Part shown: positions 13,481-32,570 of the stretch, piece after piece | How positions within the stretch are numbered: position 1 is the stretch's first letter | Layout: each line of letters opens with the position of its first letter | Assembly (NCBI RefSeq): GCF_009914755.1 | Contig: NC_060928.1 | Length of the DNA: 64,000 nt | Reading direction: 5' to 3' (one strand) | Source: the human T2T-CHM13v2.0 reference genome, Homo sapiens | Translations under genes and position numbers: made by a program | Notes under the pieces: generated by a model | Database searches by the model: none | What the model saw: only the letters and a program-made list of their open reading frames with translations | What the model was told of the DNA's origin: nothing

Positions 13481-16400
13481 TTTTAAACACACCAATCCAA
13501 AAGCAGACATAGTCATATTAATTTTTTTAAAAGACAAAACTATGAGCTATTTACAAAAAGTGATTAAAAATATAGAATTTTAGATAGAATAAAACTGATA
13601 AATGGAGAAGAATATAGCAGGCAAATACCAACTCAAGAATCCTGAAATGAATTTATTAATATCAGAGAAACTAGACTTCAGAACAAGAGATATTACCAGT
13701 GGGGCACTTCATAATGATAAAGTGCTTATTCATAAACAATATCCAATGAAATAATTTATCTAATTATCTAATAACAAAGCCTCGAATAGATGATAAAGCA
13801 AAACCAATAAATAATTCTGAAGCTACTTAAGGTTATACATATATATGAGAGATAAAAGGATTATTTTAAAAATATTATTTTAAAATCTTAATGTATTAAT
13901 ATAAATATATAATATGGCAGAAATATTTATTTTACATGCAATGACACCATTTACCTGAAATATTACATAGTCTATGCACTGAAAATAATGTGTATTTATA
14001 CTTTATGACTTTCATAAATGCACACTTTTAGGTATTTTCAGTTTACATAACTTCTTTTGTCCTGCACACAAAGACATTGTAGTAAAATATGCTCTTTGCG
14101 TTTCCACGCTTGAGTTTGTCTTATTTGTAGTTTCCTTTTTCATTATCTATTTCATACATAATAGAACAATTACTGATACACATGGATTTTAATTAAAAAA
14201 ACCTACATAGCATCAAGTTATTCATTATATTTCAATTTTCTGCTTGGTGGATGTTTCTACCAATATATTATTTTGATAGATATAGATGAAAAATGAGAGA
14301 AAGTATAATCTAAGCACGTATTATCATGAAGTGCAACTAGCAGTTGATGCTATAAAAATAAATTAGGTCCTTGGGGATTTTTATTTATAAAATTTATTTT
14401 ATAAATAATAAATAATAAAAATAATACGAGAAATGATAAAGAAATAAAAAACTGAAAATTAAAGATTTATTGAAGATGCTGGAGTTGTGATTCTTAGAAC
14501 TTAGTCAAGTCAATGAATACAGATAAGACCACAAGCATGGCAACTGATGTATCCATATGCGGGAATTGACCACCTTTCCTCATGTAAGATGATGAAGCAT
14601 GATCCATTCTGACAGTGGCATTAGAAGCTTTCTCAAACAGCTTCTCAGTTACAGATATATCAGTTAGACTACAGTCTTGCATCTATAACAAATTAAAAAA
14701 CCAACACTTGATAACTTACAAGTAAAGTACAGCATGATAGATGGGTGCAGGTCTACTTTCTTCATTTTCTTCTTAGATTATAAGAATATTTATAAACTAT
14801 AATTCACATTTATTTTAAATTTGTCAACATCTTTACTCATTTATATTGTATAAAAGTGAAGTAACAATTTTGCTGGCATTCCTCATTACATTAACTTTTT
14901 AAATCTTTAATAAGATTGTTATAACTATAAATGTATTTTGAACATTATGATAAAAATATATTTTAAAAATTACAACTATGCACCATTGAAATACTTAATA
15001 TCTGACTTGAAAACCTCAAATAGCTAGTATCTTTTAATGAAAAGTGGGGATAAATCAGTTGATAGAAATTATATCAGAAGACAGGAATATTCTGAGCTAA
15101 ACCATAAGACTGGTGCTGTAATAAATTATCTTACTTAAGTCTCATAATAAACTCTTGAAGAATAGATCAATGTTCCTTTACATGTGAGGTAACTGATACT
15201 GAATGAGTTAAGCTAACTTGCACAAAATCACACCCCTTTTTTGTAAGAATAATTCTCATTTATTTTAACTCTGCATGCCATCCTCGCTAAGATTAATGAT
15301 TAATCTTAAATATAGTTGATAGTTGGCTTCATATCCTGAAACATTTCAATTGTCTCTGATGAGATAGTTTCTTTACTGATAGTGTGCCTAGAACAGGGCC
15401 CATGTTCAGTTGTGTGAATGGTGCCTCTAGAGTTGCCAGTGTCCAATTTGTGATGCCTTAGGCAGAGGTCTTGGCCCTTTGGCCCCTAGCAGCTATGTGT
15501 TCAGGTGTTTCAGTCATGCCTAGCCCAAAAACAAAACAAAACAATAAACTCATAAAGAACCAGGTGTGTTGAATGACAGATATCAATATTTACGTGGAAT
15601 AGCTGAAATTCATTAAATAAAATATGACATAAAATAATCAATAGTGCATAGCTTTCAATGCTACATTTGAAGATATTATTTATAGAGCGTGATATCATTA
15701 TTTGAAGAAAATTACCTCTTACAGGTTCATTTTAAAAAGGTAACCTAAGATTGGATTTTACAGCATAGGTGTAAGATAAGTTGACTATCTTCTTTTAATT
15801 CCACAAGTCCAATTCATTCCAAATAATAGGTTCCACTGATGGAAACTCATTTTCTTATTTCATACATGTGAAATGTAATAACACCTGACACAAAGTTCTG
15901 GTATACATAAATCAATATTTTCAACCGTAAATGTCAGTTTTTACATGTTTTGCTACTTTTGATTTAAGCGTTATCATGGTTCAAAGTACAGGTTTATTCT
16001 TTAGAGGAGCAGGTTATTAGCTGCAAAATAATCAGCCAGTCATGAGTCAGTGAATAACTGTCCTTTTAGGTAGCTGTATGTTAAATGGAGACCTATGCAA
16101 CATCCCCATTAAAAGTGCTTATTTACTAGGGACATAAAGTCATTAAAGAGAACTAACAGTGAATTCAAATTGAGAGAGCAAATGAGCAAAATACTGTATA
16201 TGGGCCTAGAATGTTAATGTTATGATAATGCTATGCTATGTTAAGAACAGTTAATCTTGCATTTCCAAGGGTACAAAGCATAATATATGCTTTCCTTGAG
16301 TGCTAATTATGAGACATTTTAATGGTTTTAATTCTCCTCTATATCTTTACAATAAGACTATTACATAAAAATAAAGGTAGCAACAATTTTAAAATGGCGT

Positions 16401-16713
16401 CAGCAGTTACTTAACTCATCATCTTAGTGAGCAAATTATCCTGGCCAGGGAATCTCATTGAAATGTTAAAACATTTGATTAGACCATATGGAGACTATTT
16501 TATAATAAAGCAAGTTGATAGGTGCTCTGAAGAGGAACATTCCTATTTTAATTTCCATTGCATCTAACCACATAGTTATTACACATTTGCCTGATTTCTG
16601 ACAGGTGTTTGCTCATAGTTATAAACACTGTCCTTCAGAAAAAACATGACATTAGGCAGGAAAGTGGTAAACTTCACCGCTATTCTTATCTGCATTTAGA
16701 AAAGTCCAATTTA

Positions 16714-16817
16714 TGATGAACAATCATCCTGATTTTGCTCAGGACTAAAGGGAGTCGGAACATACAGTATTAAAATAAATGACATCTTTGGCAAACTGGG
16801 ATGAGCTGGTTATCCCA
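16714..16817. mobile_element. MER81/MER94-like hAT-Blackjack MITE remnant
   Basis: Degenerate inverted ends CATCCTGATTTTGCTCAGGAC / GGCAAACTGGGATGAGCTGGTTATCCC. Confidence 0.5.
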
Positions 16818-16883
16818 GTACCCCTTTTGCTTGCTTGTATTCACTTGCACCAGACAAATAATGAAAGCATGAGCGAGGCCACC

Positions 16884-17262
16884 TGTATTAGTCTGTTCTC
16901 ACGCTGCGATAAAGAACTAACTACTTGAGACTGGGTATTTTATGAAGAAAAGAGGTTTGGTTAACTCACAGTTCTGCAGGCTCTGCAGGAAAAATGGCTG
17001 GGAGGCCTCAGGAAAGTTACAATCATGGTGTAAGGCAAAGGGGAAGCCAGCACATCTTACCATGACACAGCAGGAGAGAGAGAGTGAGGGTGGAAGTGCT
17101 ACACATTTTTAAACAACCAGATCTTGTGAAAACTCATCATGAGAACAGCAAGGGGGAAATCGCCCCCATGATCCAGTCACCTCCCACGGGGCCCCTCCTT
17201 CAAGAGGTGGGGATTAAATTTGACATGAGATTTGGGTGGGGACATACAGCTGATCCATATTA
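16884..17262 (-). mobile_element. MaLR solo LTR, MSTA/MSTB-like
   Basis: TGTATTAGTC...CCATATTA termini, 5-bp TSD CCACC at 16879-16883 and 17263-17267. Confidence 0.92.
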
Positions 17263-17734
17263 CCACCTTCCTGTTCTTGTAGAGACTGTCATTGTCATTA
17301 ATAAAACAGACACACAAATGGTAAACTGATAGTCTCTATTGATATTCTCTCTTCTCTACACTGCCCCGGGACTCTAGCTATTGAAGCTTTACTGTATTGC
17401 ATGATTAAGACAGAGCTGTGTTGTTTCTCTACCCCATTCGATATCTATTCCACACTTGGATGATAAATTCAGTAATGCCTCTGAATCTTTTTAAGCAAGT
17501 TTCTATTTGTATAAAAAGAATGACCACAATGGGAACCATACTAATACGGAGAGCCCTTTAAACCAGAGGCCAAAATATGCCACTAATAGAGAATTATTTG
17601 GGTAAGAAAACTTGCTACTTTAGCACATGATTAACTTCAGAGATTAAAATAAGTAATTAACTGTAGGACATATTCCTGTGATTGCGTATTCCTGCTTCAT
17701 AACTTATTTGCAATAACTTAAGATAAATATAAAG

Positions 17735-18210
17735 AAGACTCTCAGAACAGGTTCTGGAGCTAGACTGGGTGAATTAAATTTTGACTATGGCCCTGTTCTG
17801 CTATTTGATCTTGAACTAGCCATTGACTTTTCTGTGTCTTAGTTTTCTCATCAGTAAAACAGCAATAATAAAAGTACATATTTCACAGATACTGAAGACA
17901 ATTAAGTGAATTAATATTTGTAGACTACTGAGTAAAATGCTACATATGTACAATTATTTTTAAGGTTGCCTTTGAGCCATTAGATGATTTATCAGTGCAT
18001 CAACAGTGGTCAAATAGAGAAGCAGTGGAGAGCATGGTCTGTGGTGTCCAGCCATCCATGTTAGAATCATGGCTCTATCACTTAGTATCTTAAAAAAGTA
18101 ATTGGTGTCTCAGTTTCCTTATTTATAAATTGACCCTACTAATAAAGCCATTAATGAGGATTGGTAGAGAATATGCATGTACTAGATGTTATTATTGCTA
18201 TTATTATTCT
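17735..18210 (+). mobile_element. Two MIR fragments
   Basis: MIR cores CTGTGTCTTAGTTTTCTCATCAGTAAAA and GTCTCAGTTTCCTTATTTATAAA. Confidence 0.6.
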
Positions 18211-18367
18211 TTGACCTGGAAGGAAGTGAAAGGGCGTACCAGCTTTCCTAATTCAGAAATATATGTAACCCCCAGGGCAGCGGATAGGGTGGATTTTTTT
18301 CTCTATGACACTCTGCTTTTGCAAATCTACTAGTAATTATTTACTTCCAGAAAAGAGAGGTTTCAGG

Positions 18368-18603
18368 CAGGAGTACCAAATGCAAATGAATACAGGGTTC
18401 AAGAAGTAAATGCAAATGAGCGAAGCTTATTAGAATTGGTGAATTAGAATTAAGAAAATAAAGCATGATTCAAACTAGAATGTTGAAATATGTGCCATTA
18501 TCTAAAATAATTAAAACTAAAAACCAACAGATTATTAATCTGTACAAACCAAATCTCTTTGAAGGGCTGAATTCAGACTGCTTGCCACCATTGTGCAGCC
18601 TCT
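18368..18603 (-). mobile_element. MER102-like (hAT-Charlie) remnant
   Basis: Ends resemble recalled MER102 termini (AAATGAGCGAAGC; GGGCTGAATTCAG...GCAGCCTCT). Confidence 0.55.
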
Positions 18604-18899
18604 ACTGATAGCATTTGCATCTAATTTGTTTCTTGTTTCCTAGATATTTTCAAGCTACATTTCAGAAAATTTAATCGCAGTATCCCACTTTTGAAAATTG
18701 ATGGCCCTATTAAAAACCATCAGAATTAAATTATTTATTTTGATTCAGTTTACAGAATATATCATTCTTCAAATATAGAAAAGAATCATTTAAATATTAA
18801 TTATTTAATGTAAACATTAAATAAAGCATTTATTTATAAGCATGGGTCATTAGGTTTAAAATAAAGTATTTAACTAGTACCTTAAAGAATAAAGAAATA

Positions 18900-19194
<295 letters not shown>

Positions 19195-19549
19195 AAAGAA
19201 TAAAGAAATAATTCTAGATATGGATTCATATTTATGTGGTCAACTTTTCTAAGTCATAGAGGAATATGATATATTTTAATTTATTAATATTCTCATATTA
19301 ATTAGAATAGTAGAGTTAACAGATATCCTTTTCTATGTAAGTTATTCAATTTAGAAACTGTTTTTTTTTTTGTTCTGCACATACATGGATTCATAGGATT
19401 CAATACTTCTCTCTGAGGGAAACTTCATTTAACAGGATATTTTGCTGGTTTTGGGCATCACAATTCCCTTACATAATTTTTTGTCATGTCTTATTACCTG
19501 CTGTACTGTTATTTCATTAATATTTTTATGACTTTAACTTTGTTTTCCT

Positions 19550-19702
19550 TTTATTTATTTATTTTTAATTTACTTTTAAAAACAATTCAATAGGTTTTGG
19601 GGAATAAGTAGTGTTTACTTACATGAATAAGTTCTTTAGTGGTGATTTCTGAGATTTTGGTGCACCATCACCCAAGCAGTATACACTGTACCCAATGTGT
19701 AA
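19550..19702 (-). mobile_element. Short 5'-truncated L1PB 3' end
   Basis: TAAGTTCTTTAGTGGTGATTTCTGAGATTTTGGTGCACC is an L1PB 3'UTR motif; T-rich tail on the left. Confidence 0.75.
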
Positions 19703-22700
19703 CTTTTTTTACACTGAAGTTATTATAAAAAAATTAAGACCTTAGCAAAACACAGTGAATTCAAGATCTATATCTATCCCCTTTGCACTAAATTTAAGTC
19801 ATTTGGTATAGTTTTCACCTTTGAGATTCCAGCTTATGGCTGGCAATGCCCAGCTTAATGTAGTGGAGAACTGCCAGAAAGGATGGTCTCTAGTGCTTTA
19901 AGTCCCTTCATCTTCCATAGGGTGTGCATCCCAGACAAAACACATTTAATACATTCACACCAATGTAAGCCCTCAGCAAATTATTCCTTTGTAATTGAAC
20001 TTACCAGAACACTTGCACATCCCTATAGGACAACATGTATTTGAAAAAGTTGTTAGGGAGAAAGTGTGGGCAGTATTTTTAATTGATATCGACAAATAAA
20101 TTGCTTCCTAACTGGTACAAAGTTAATCAATGGCTGGCAAGCTCAATTTGCTTTTGGTATCTATCTTCCTTCACCTTGGGGTTTCCATAATAATATATAA
20201 ATTCACCCCATCAAGGCTTTACCTATTTAAATCACATGGTGTAACCTGATAAAAGTATGTAGAGATGGGCAAAAGAATTGCTGGGTGTCTTTCCAGGATA
20301 ATTCCTGGCATTTTCTGGTGCATCCTTCAACTATTACCTGATTCCACAGGGGTCTGCACATTTGGTTGGTTCACTACTATCTAAGCTATTTTACAGTCCT
20401 CTAGGGTTATAAATTTAATTCCTAGTAAGCTAAGAGCAATGAAAAATTTTTTGTTCACAACAATGCAGATGATTACTGTTCATAGATATAAATTTTGTCC
20501 AGTAAATAATATAAATCTGTGTAAGTCCAATTATTATGCTGTACTAGTTTTAATCATTTACTGGTTTCATCATTACATACCGAGTTTTTATTTGACATAT
20601 GATTATTATATATTTTTATTACTGTACACATATAGCTCATAGCTGCTTTGATCCAAGAATGTATTTTTTTGGCTTTTAAAACAAATCCCAAATGGCAATG
20701 AAGCTGTAGCTTTGCTGTTCTCTCATTTTGTATTGTTTGTTTTGTAATAATTGTGTGTTTGTGCAAGGGTGCACACCTGTTTCTGGTTCACTTACAGGCA
20801 GTGTTAAGCTGTTTTCCTTTAATGTTAATAATAATTGGAAATTTGATTTTATGGAAATTTAATGTTTTCTTCACTGGCTAGTGGAGAATGAGCATCTGCT
20901 ATGTGAATGACAAGAGCATCCAGTTTTTAAGCTTTTAGTTTGTTTGTATATTTGTATACCTGTGAATTAAAATCAATGAAGAATTTTATGCTCATTGAGA
21001 ACAACAATTTTTTGAAATATTGTCAGGAGAAATTTTGTGTTTCCTTTTGAACTATGGCTAAAGTTTCACAACTGGAGCTATTAGCTCTCCCTATGCCTAT
21101 GTATCTGATATGCGTACTTCAGAAAATGTGTGCAATTTACCTCTGGTTATGTGAGTATAAAGAATTTTTCTACCAGTAGGGGATATTAATAAATAATATT
21201 ATATTATCTGACTGATTTGTAGAGGTAAATGAGCACTATATAGATAAAACATTCCCTAACGTGAAGATATAGAAAGTGAATTTCTTACACTCTAAATGTG
21301 CTAGACCTTTTAAAATACACTTTTTACATTAATTGTTTTCTTAAATACAATATAATTATCCATTTTCACATATTAAAGTTGAATCTTTAGATATATCAGA
21401 TTGGTTTGATAATTTTTGTTTTACTTTTAGAAAATAAAAAGCACTAAATTAATTTTCTCTGATTTACCCATTACATATAAAATATTATATTATAATATGT
21501 TCATAATATATACTATTATGTTACAAGTAAATATTAAATTATAATATCAATAAAACATGGAAGTATATTATATGTTATTGTACACAAATATAGAATCATA
21601 TGTTTAAATTATTTATTTGCTTGGTAACAAATTGATGCAGAACTTTGATGCTTGAAGCAGCAAACGTTTATTTTATTTAGTATTTTATCATTTCTGTTGG
21701 GCAGAAATCCAGACACAGCTTTGCTGGGTCTTATGGCTCCAGATCTCACAAAAGGCTGCAATCAAAATGTTGGCAAGGAGAGTGATGTCAGAGAAGATGG
21801 CACAGTATGAAACACCAGGATTCCATCTCTCTATTTGTACTGACAATTGTACTGACAAAAACTGTCTAGAATAACTATTTTGGAACACCACATTCTTTAG
21901 AACACTGGCAGCTTCCCAGGGAAAGCCATGACTGGCAAATTACAGTTAATTTCTGTCAATTTTAGCCTTTAGTTCCATAACTGCTACCAACACCATACCC
22001 CTAGTCCAATGCAAGCAGCCTGCATTCCTGATATGGCCTTCTGGAGCTATATTGGGCAATCAGAATTTTGTCATCCAAATATCGGGGTTATGTGTTCTGA
22101 CTGATGACTGCTGCTTTTGATTACTAAGTGCAGGTGCAGAGGCTGGCCACCATTGTTTCCATCCTTAACTGGTTAAAGTGTGGCTTCCAGGAAATACAAA
22201 GGAGCATCCTCTGTTTTCTGTTTTGTTTGTTTTTTCTCCCTCTTTCTCTCTTTTTCTTCTTTAGGGAGCTAGATATTTAAGGATTAGGAAATTCAAAAGC
22301 AACTACATACATGGTGGAACTTAGAAAACAAATGGCACATGCCTAGAGGAAGACAGAATCTCAAGAGAAAAACTAAGATTTTTTATATTTTCACCTCAAG
22401 ATGATACAAGGCATAAAGACAACGTTCAATAATAAAAAGTAACTAAAGAAAAAGCAAACCCTCTGTAAAATAGGAAAACTGGTTTCCAGAACTACCACAT
22501 TATAAAATTAAATGCTAGTTTTCAACCGGAAATCCAAAGCATATTGTAAAACAGGAAAGTACATACACACCATTTAAAAGAACAAAATAAATCAACAGAA
22601 ACCATCCTTAATGAAGCTATGACATAAAACTTACTAGACAAAGATGTTTAAACATCTGTCTTAATGATACTCAAAGAACTGAAAGAAGCTATGGACATAG

Positions 22701-24263
22701 ACTAGAAAATGATATATGAACAAAATGAAGAACACCAATCACTAATACATCTGTAAGATTAGCATTACCTTGTTACCAAAGACAGATGAAAACATTACAA
22801 GAAAATTACTGACCAATATCTCTTACGAATATAAATTTAAAAATTCTCAACAAAGCAGTAGCAAATAAAAACCAACAGCATATTAAAAGGATTATTCACA
22901 ATGACCAAGTGGAACTTGTTCCATGAATGCAAGGGTAGTTCAACATAAGAATATCAATCAATCCAATACATTGCACTAATAAAACAAAATGAAAAAGCGA
23001 TAATTTCAATTGACACAGAAGACAAAACTGAGTAACTTTTCATGGTAAAACCTCACAGAAAACTAAGAATAGAGGGACTATTGTTCAACATGATAGAGTA
23101 TTTGCAAAAAACTCACAGCTTATATTATAATCGATGACAAAAGAATGAAAGTTTCTTCCTTAAGATAAAAAAGAGATGAGGAAGTCAGTTTTCACTGCTG
23201 CTATTCAACATTGTTATGGACATTTTTGCCAGGGATATTGAACAAGAGGAAGAAATTTAAAAAATTCTAAATTGGAACGGAAGAGGTAGAATTATTCCTA
23301 TCAAGTAATGGCATAAACCCACACATGGAAAATCCCAAGAATCCACAAGAAAACTCTTAGAGCCAATAAACAAATTCAGTAAAGTTGCAGGATACATGGT
23401 CAACATGTAAAACTCAATTGTGTTTCCATACATCAGCAATAAAAAATACAAAACTAAATTAAGAAAGCAATTCATTTACAATAGCTTCTGAAAGAATTAA
23501 ATGCATAAGGATATATCTAATCTGGGAGGTGAAAGCCTAGCGAACTACAAGCTATAAAACATTGCAGAATGAAATCAAAGAAGACATAAATAAATATAAA
23601 AATGTTCTATGTTGTTCATGTTTATGGATAGGAAGCTCTAACATTGTGAAGATATTAATACTAACCCGAGTGATACACAAATTCTGCACAATCTCTATCA
23701 AAATATCAATAGCATTATTTTGCAGAAATGCAAAAGCCAATCCTCAAATTTATATGAAACTGAAAGGACTTTAATAGCTAAAGTAATCTTGAAAAAAAAA
23801 GAATAAAGTTGGAAAACTCATTGTCCTTGGCTTCAAACCTTACTTTAAAGTTACAGTAATTAAAACAGGATGGTACTGAAATAAGGAACGACATATAAGC
23901 CAATGCAGTAGGAAAGAGAGGCCAGCAATAAACTCATATATATTGTCAACTGATTTTCAATCAGATAATGAGGTGTCAAGATCATTAAATGGATAAAGAA
24001 CAGTATTTCAAGAAATGATGCTAAGAAAACTGTATATCTATATGTGAAAGAATGAAGTTGGATTGTTAACTTACAGTATATACAAAAATAAATTCAAAGT
24101 GGATTAAAATCTAAACATAATTGCTAAACTATAAAACTCTTAGACAAAAACATTGGGGAACATCTTCATGACATTGGATTTGGCAATGACTTTTTGGACA
24201 TAACACGAAAAGAACAGGCAACAAAAAATAAATAAATACATTGGACTTCAAAATTAAGAACTT

Positions 24264-25471
<1,208 letters not shown>

Positions 25472-25649
25472 AAAATTAAGAACTTGTTTAACCAAAGTAC
25501 ACTAAGAGAGTAAAAACCCAATCCTCAGAATGAGAATGTATTTGCACATCATATATTTGATAAGATGTTAATATCCAGAGTATATATTTTTAAAGCTCTA
25601 CAACTCAACAACAATAGAAAACAAACAATCCAATTAGACACTGGGCAAG

Positions 25650-25818
25650 TGCCAGGTGCAGTGGCTTATACCTGTAATCCCAGCTACTCTGTAGGCTAAT
25701 ATGAAAGGATCACTTGAGCCCAGGAATCTGAGACTGCAGTGACTTATGATTGCACCACTGCATTCCAGCTTGGGTGACACAATGAGACCTCATTTCAAAA
25801 ACAAACAAACAAAAAAAT
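25650..25818 (+). mobile_element. Free Alu monomer (FRAM/FAM-like)
   Basis: Single arm of about 150 bp with J-type sequence and (CAAA)n tail. Confidence 0.75.
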
Positions 25819-26994
25819 GAGTGATGTACTTAAATAGACATTTCTCCAAAGACATACAAAATGGCCAATAAGCACATGAAAAGATGATTAACATCACTAA
25901 TCATTAGGGAAATATAAATCAAAACCACAATGAGATACCACTTTACACATGCTAGGATGAATATATTCAAAATAATATGGAAAATAAAAACTGTTGGCAA
26001 GGGTGTGAAGAAACTGGAGCTCCTGTCCACTGGTGGTAGTATATAAAATAGTGTAGCCCTGGTAGAAAACAGTTGGACAGTTTTTCAAAATGTTAAGTAT
26101 ACTACCCAGGAATTACTCCTGGATAAATATGCAAAATAATTGAAAACAGAAAATCTAACAGATATTTTACAATAATAGCTATAATTTGAAATAGTCCAAA
26201 AGTGTCTATCAACAAATGAATGGATAAACAAAAGGTGATACATACATATAATTGACCATTATTCAGCCATAAAAAATTAAATTTTGATATATGCTATGGT
26301 ATCGATAGACATTGAAAATACTATGCCTTGTGAAATAAGCCAGAAACAGAAGGACAAATATTGTGTGATTCCACTTACATGAGGTACCTCAAATAGACAA
26401 ACCCATGGTAGCATAACTAGAATAGAGGTTACTAGGAGCCAGAGTAAGGGAAATTATTGTTTAATGGGTATAGTGTTATGTTCATAATGATAAAAAGTGT
26501 TGGGTATAGATTGAGTTGATGGTTACACAAAAATATTATATACTGCCACTGAATTTTCCAATTATAAATGGTATAATGATGAATATTATCTTAAATATAT
26601 TTTACTACATTTCAAAGGAAAAAGAAAGAAAAACTTGGCAAATCATCTCAAGGCTCAACTGGTGTTGGATCATTTTCCAAGCTCATTCACATGGCTGTTT
26701 GTAGGATTAAGTTCCTCTTGTACATTGACAGGCTTCCCACATATCCTTGCCCCTGGGTCTCTGCATGAGGTAGCTTACAACATTTTAGCTGAATTCTTTA
26801 CGAAAAGAAAGAGGGATGGAGAACAAAAGAGTGTGGGAACAAGACAGAAGTAGCAGCCTTTTAAAATGAAATCTCATAAATGACATAGTACCACATTTGT
26901 CATATTCTAGTTGATAGAAACAAGTCACTATTTACAGACACTTTACTCAAGGTGGAGGATTGCACAAAAGTGCGAATATCCAGAGACAAAAATA

Positions 26995-29978
<2,984 letters not shown>

Positions 29979-31077
29979 AATACTAATAAGTGGAACCATC
30001 TTAGAAGTCTACTAATCACTACAGAGATTTTATTTTTTACAATATTTATATATGTTTTCTCAGTAAAAAATTAAAGAGCCTAAATTCTTTATGTTGGCTT
30101 GTTGATTAAATGAGCTAATGTTATTCTGATATGATGTTAGTTTGTTAAACTAAATTAAATCATTATTATGACTTTTTATATCAACAGAAACTGAGATGAC
30201 ACACAGTTTTATAGCGTGTCAGCTTAAATGTAATTTCCAATACTTTTAGGCAATTTAAACTTTAGACCTATTGAGATAATTGATAGATAATATAATTTTG
30301 AATATCATCAAACATGAAATTACTTAGTTCTGCATAAATTTGTTTATAAAGTTTTGTTTTTTATTTTATAGTTATCACATTGCTATATCATTAAATAATA
30401 CATGTATTCATTTTTGCCAGTTTAAAAAGTTGAATCATGATATACCTCTATGTACTAGTTGTATTCCTAAGCTTCCAGTATTACAAAAGTTTGTGTGTGA
30501 GCGACATTTCAGAATGACCTACCTTCCAGTTTTTTCTAAAATATAATATATATTAAGTAATGTAGAATATAATTGCTGCTAAGTATTATGAATGGTTAAG
30601 AATACATTAATAACAGCAGTTACAGAGAAATACAAATATTATTTTGGTTTTTCTTTTATGAAATAAATAAGATAGTAATTTCATCCTGAAAAAAAGTGCT
30701 AATCAGATCCAGAATATAAAAGAACACAGTGAAAAACAAATTTTGTGGTAGTGTAGCAAACTGTAGAACATTTAAGGGAAAGGAATTTTATCGCTTTTGT
30801 ATATAACACCTAAATTTTAAAAGACATTTTTAATATATTAAAATTTTGGCAAAGTTTTCTTACTCACAAGCTATTTATTTTAATGAAATTAATTCATCAA
30901 AGTTATTCTGCCAAATATTATATTAATGAAAAACTTGGAGTTGGCTTTTTGTCTGTTAATATAATAAATTGGTTTCAGAGTTATCACTTTACAAAGAGTA
31001 ATAAAAGGTTATTTTTTCCCATCCATGTAAACTCTAGTGTTTTAATAGAATAATTGTGTTTTCTTCAAGTTGACCAG

Positions 31078-31626
31078 TGTGATGATTCATTTTGTGTCAA
31101 CTTGACTGGGCCACAGATACCCAGACACTTGGCCAAAGGTTACTCTGAATGTGTCTGTGAGGGTGTTTCGGGATTAGATTAACATTTAAATAGATAGACT
31201 GAGTAAAGCACATTGCTCCTAAAGGTGGGCTTCATCCAATCCATTGAAAACCTGAATAGAACCAAAGGATTAAGAGAGAAAGCACATTGCTCCTAAAGGG
31301 TGGGCCTCATCTAATCCACTGAAAACCTGAATAGAACCAAAAGATTAAGAGGGAATTCTTCCTAGATGACTGCATGAGGTGGGACATCATTTATTTTTGT
31401 GCAAAATGCACAAAAAGAACTTTCAGACTGGAATTTACAGCATCAGCTCTCCTGGTTCTCAGGCCTTAGGACTCAAACTGGAAGTACACCATTGACTCTT
31501 CTGGGCCTCCAGCTTATAGAACTTGGGACTTTTCAGCCTCCATACTGCATTAGCCAATTCCTTATAATAAATCTTTTTCTATAAGTCCTATTGGTTCTGT
31601 TTCTCTGGAGAACCCTGATTGATACA
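31078..31626 (+). mobile_element. HERV-L LTR, MLT2 (MLT2D/B-like)
   Basis: TGTGATG...GTGTCAACTTGACTGGGCCA start; CCTATTGGTTCTGTTTCTCTGGAGAACCCTGA...TACA end. Confidence 0.88.
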
Positions 31627-32229
31627 ACCTCATTATGTGTTTGACTGTAAAAAAATAAAAACAAAGCAATTTTTTAATTACTTTCTATAAGGTTCCTTAC
31701 AATACTAACAGTAGCTTCTTTGACATTTGTTTTAAAGAATTTTCTTGTTACTTTTACTAAACATACAAGTGTGAAATCTACTCACTGTTGTATTTTAATC
31801 AAGCAACCCATTCTGTTAATTTTTTTGATATTGTTTTCTTAATATTGGATTCTAAATTCAGAAGAAACAAAACAAAACAAAAATCAGAGTTTTTCTTACA
31901 TCTAAAACAACCTTTAAGTTTATCCAAAATCCATGGAAAATCACAAAGATGTGTTCTTTTGTCTTATAAAACAGATGCCAGAAATAGGTGAATTGTGACA
32001 CACTCAGGGGTTTCCTAATTATGTCAAAACTATTGCAAAAGCTTCATGGAGTCATTAAACAATAATAGATGACAGGCCTTCCCGAAATTAACTTTTCATA
32101 ACTAAAATATTAATAATGTAAATATTTCAGAAACTTAACTTTGTATTTTGAATATGGTGATTTGTTAATGACCTTGCTATCTATGATATATTTTTTTTAT
32201 TTTCAAGAGAAACACTGATCGAACCCTTA

Positions 32230-32570
<341 letters not shown>

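Noticed and set aside
16042-16048. Isolated AP-1 site TGAGTCA in unique sequence
   Set aside because: A single 7-mer is expected by chance several times in 64 kb
23257-23774. ORFs resembling reverse-transcriptase protein (also 28447-28677, 60221-60463)
   Set aside because: Short stop-ridden L1 ORF2 remnants; no intact L1 is present
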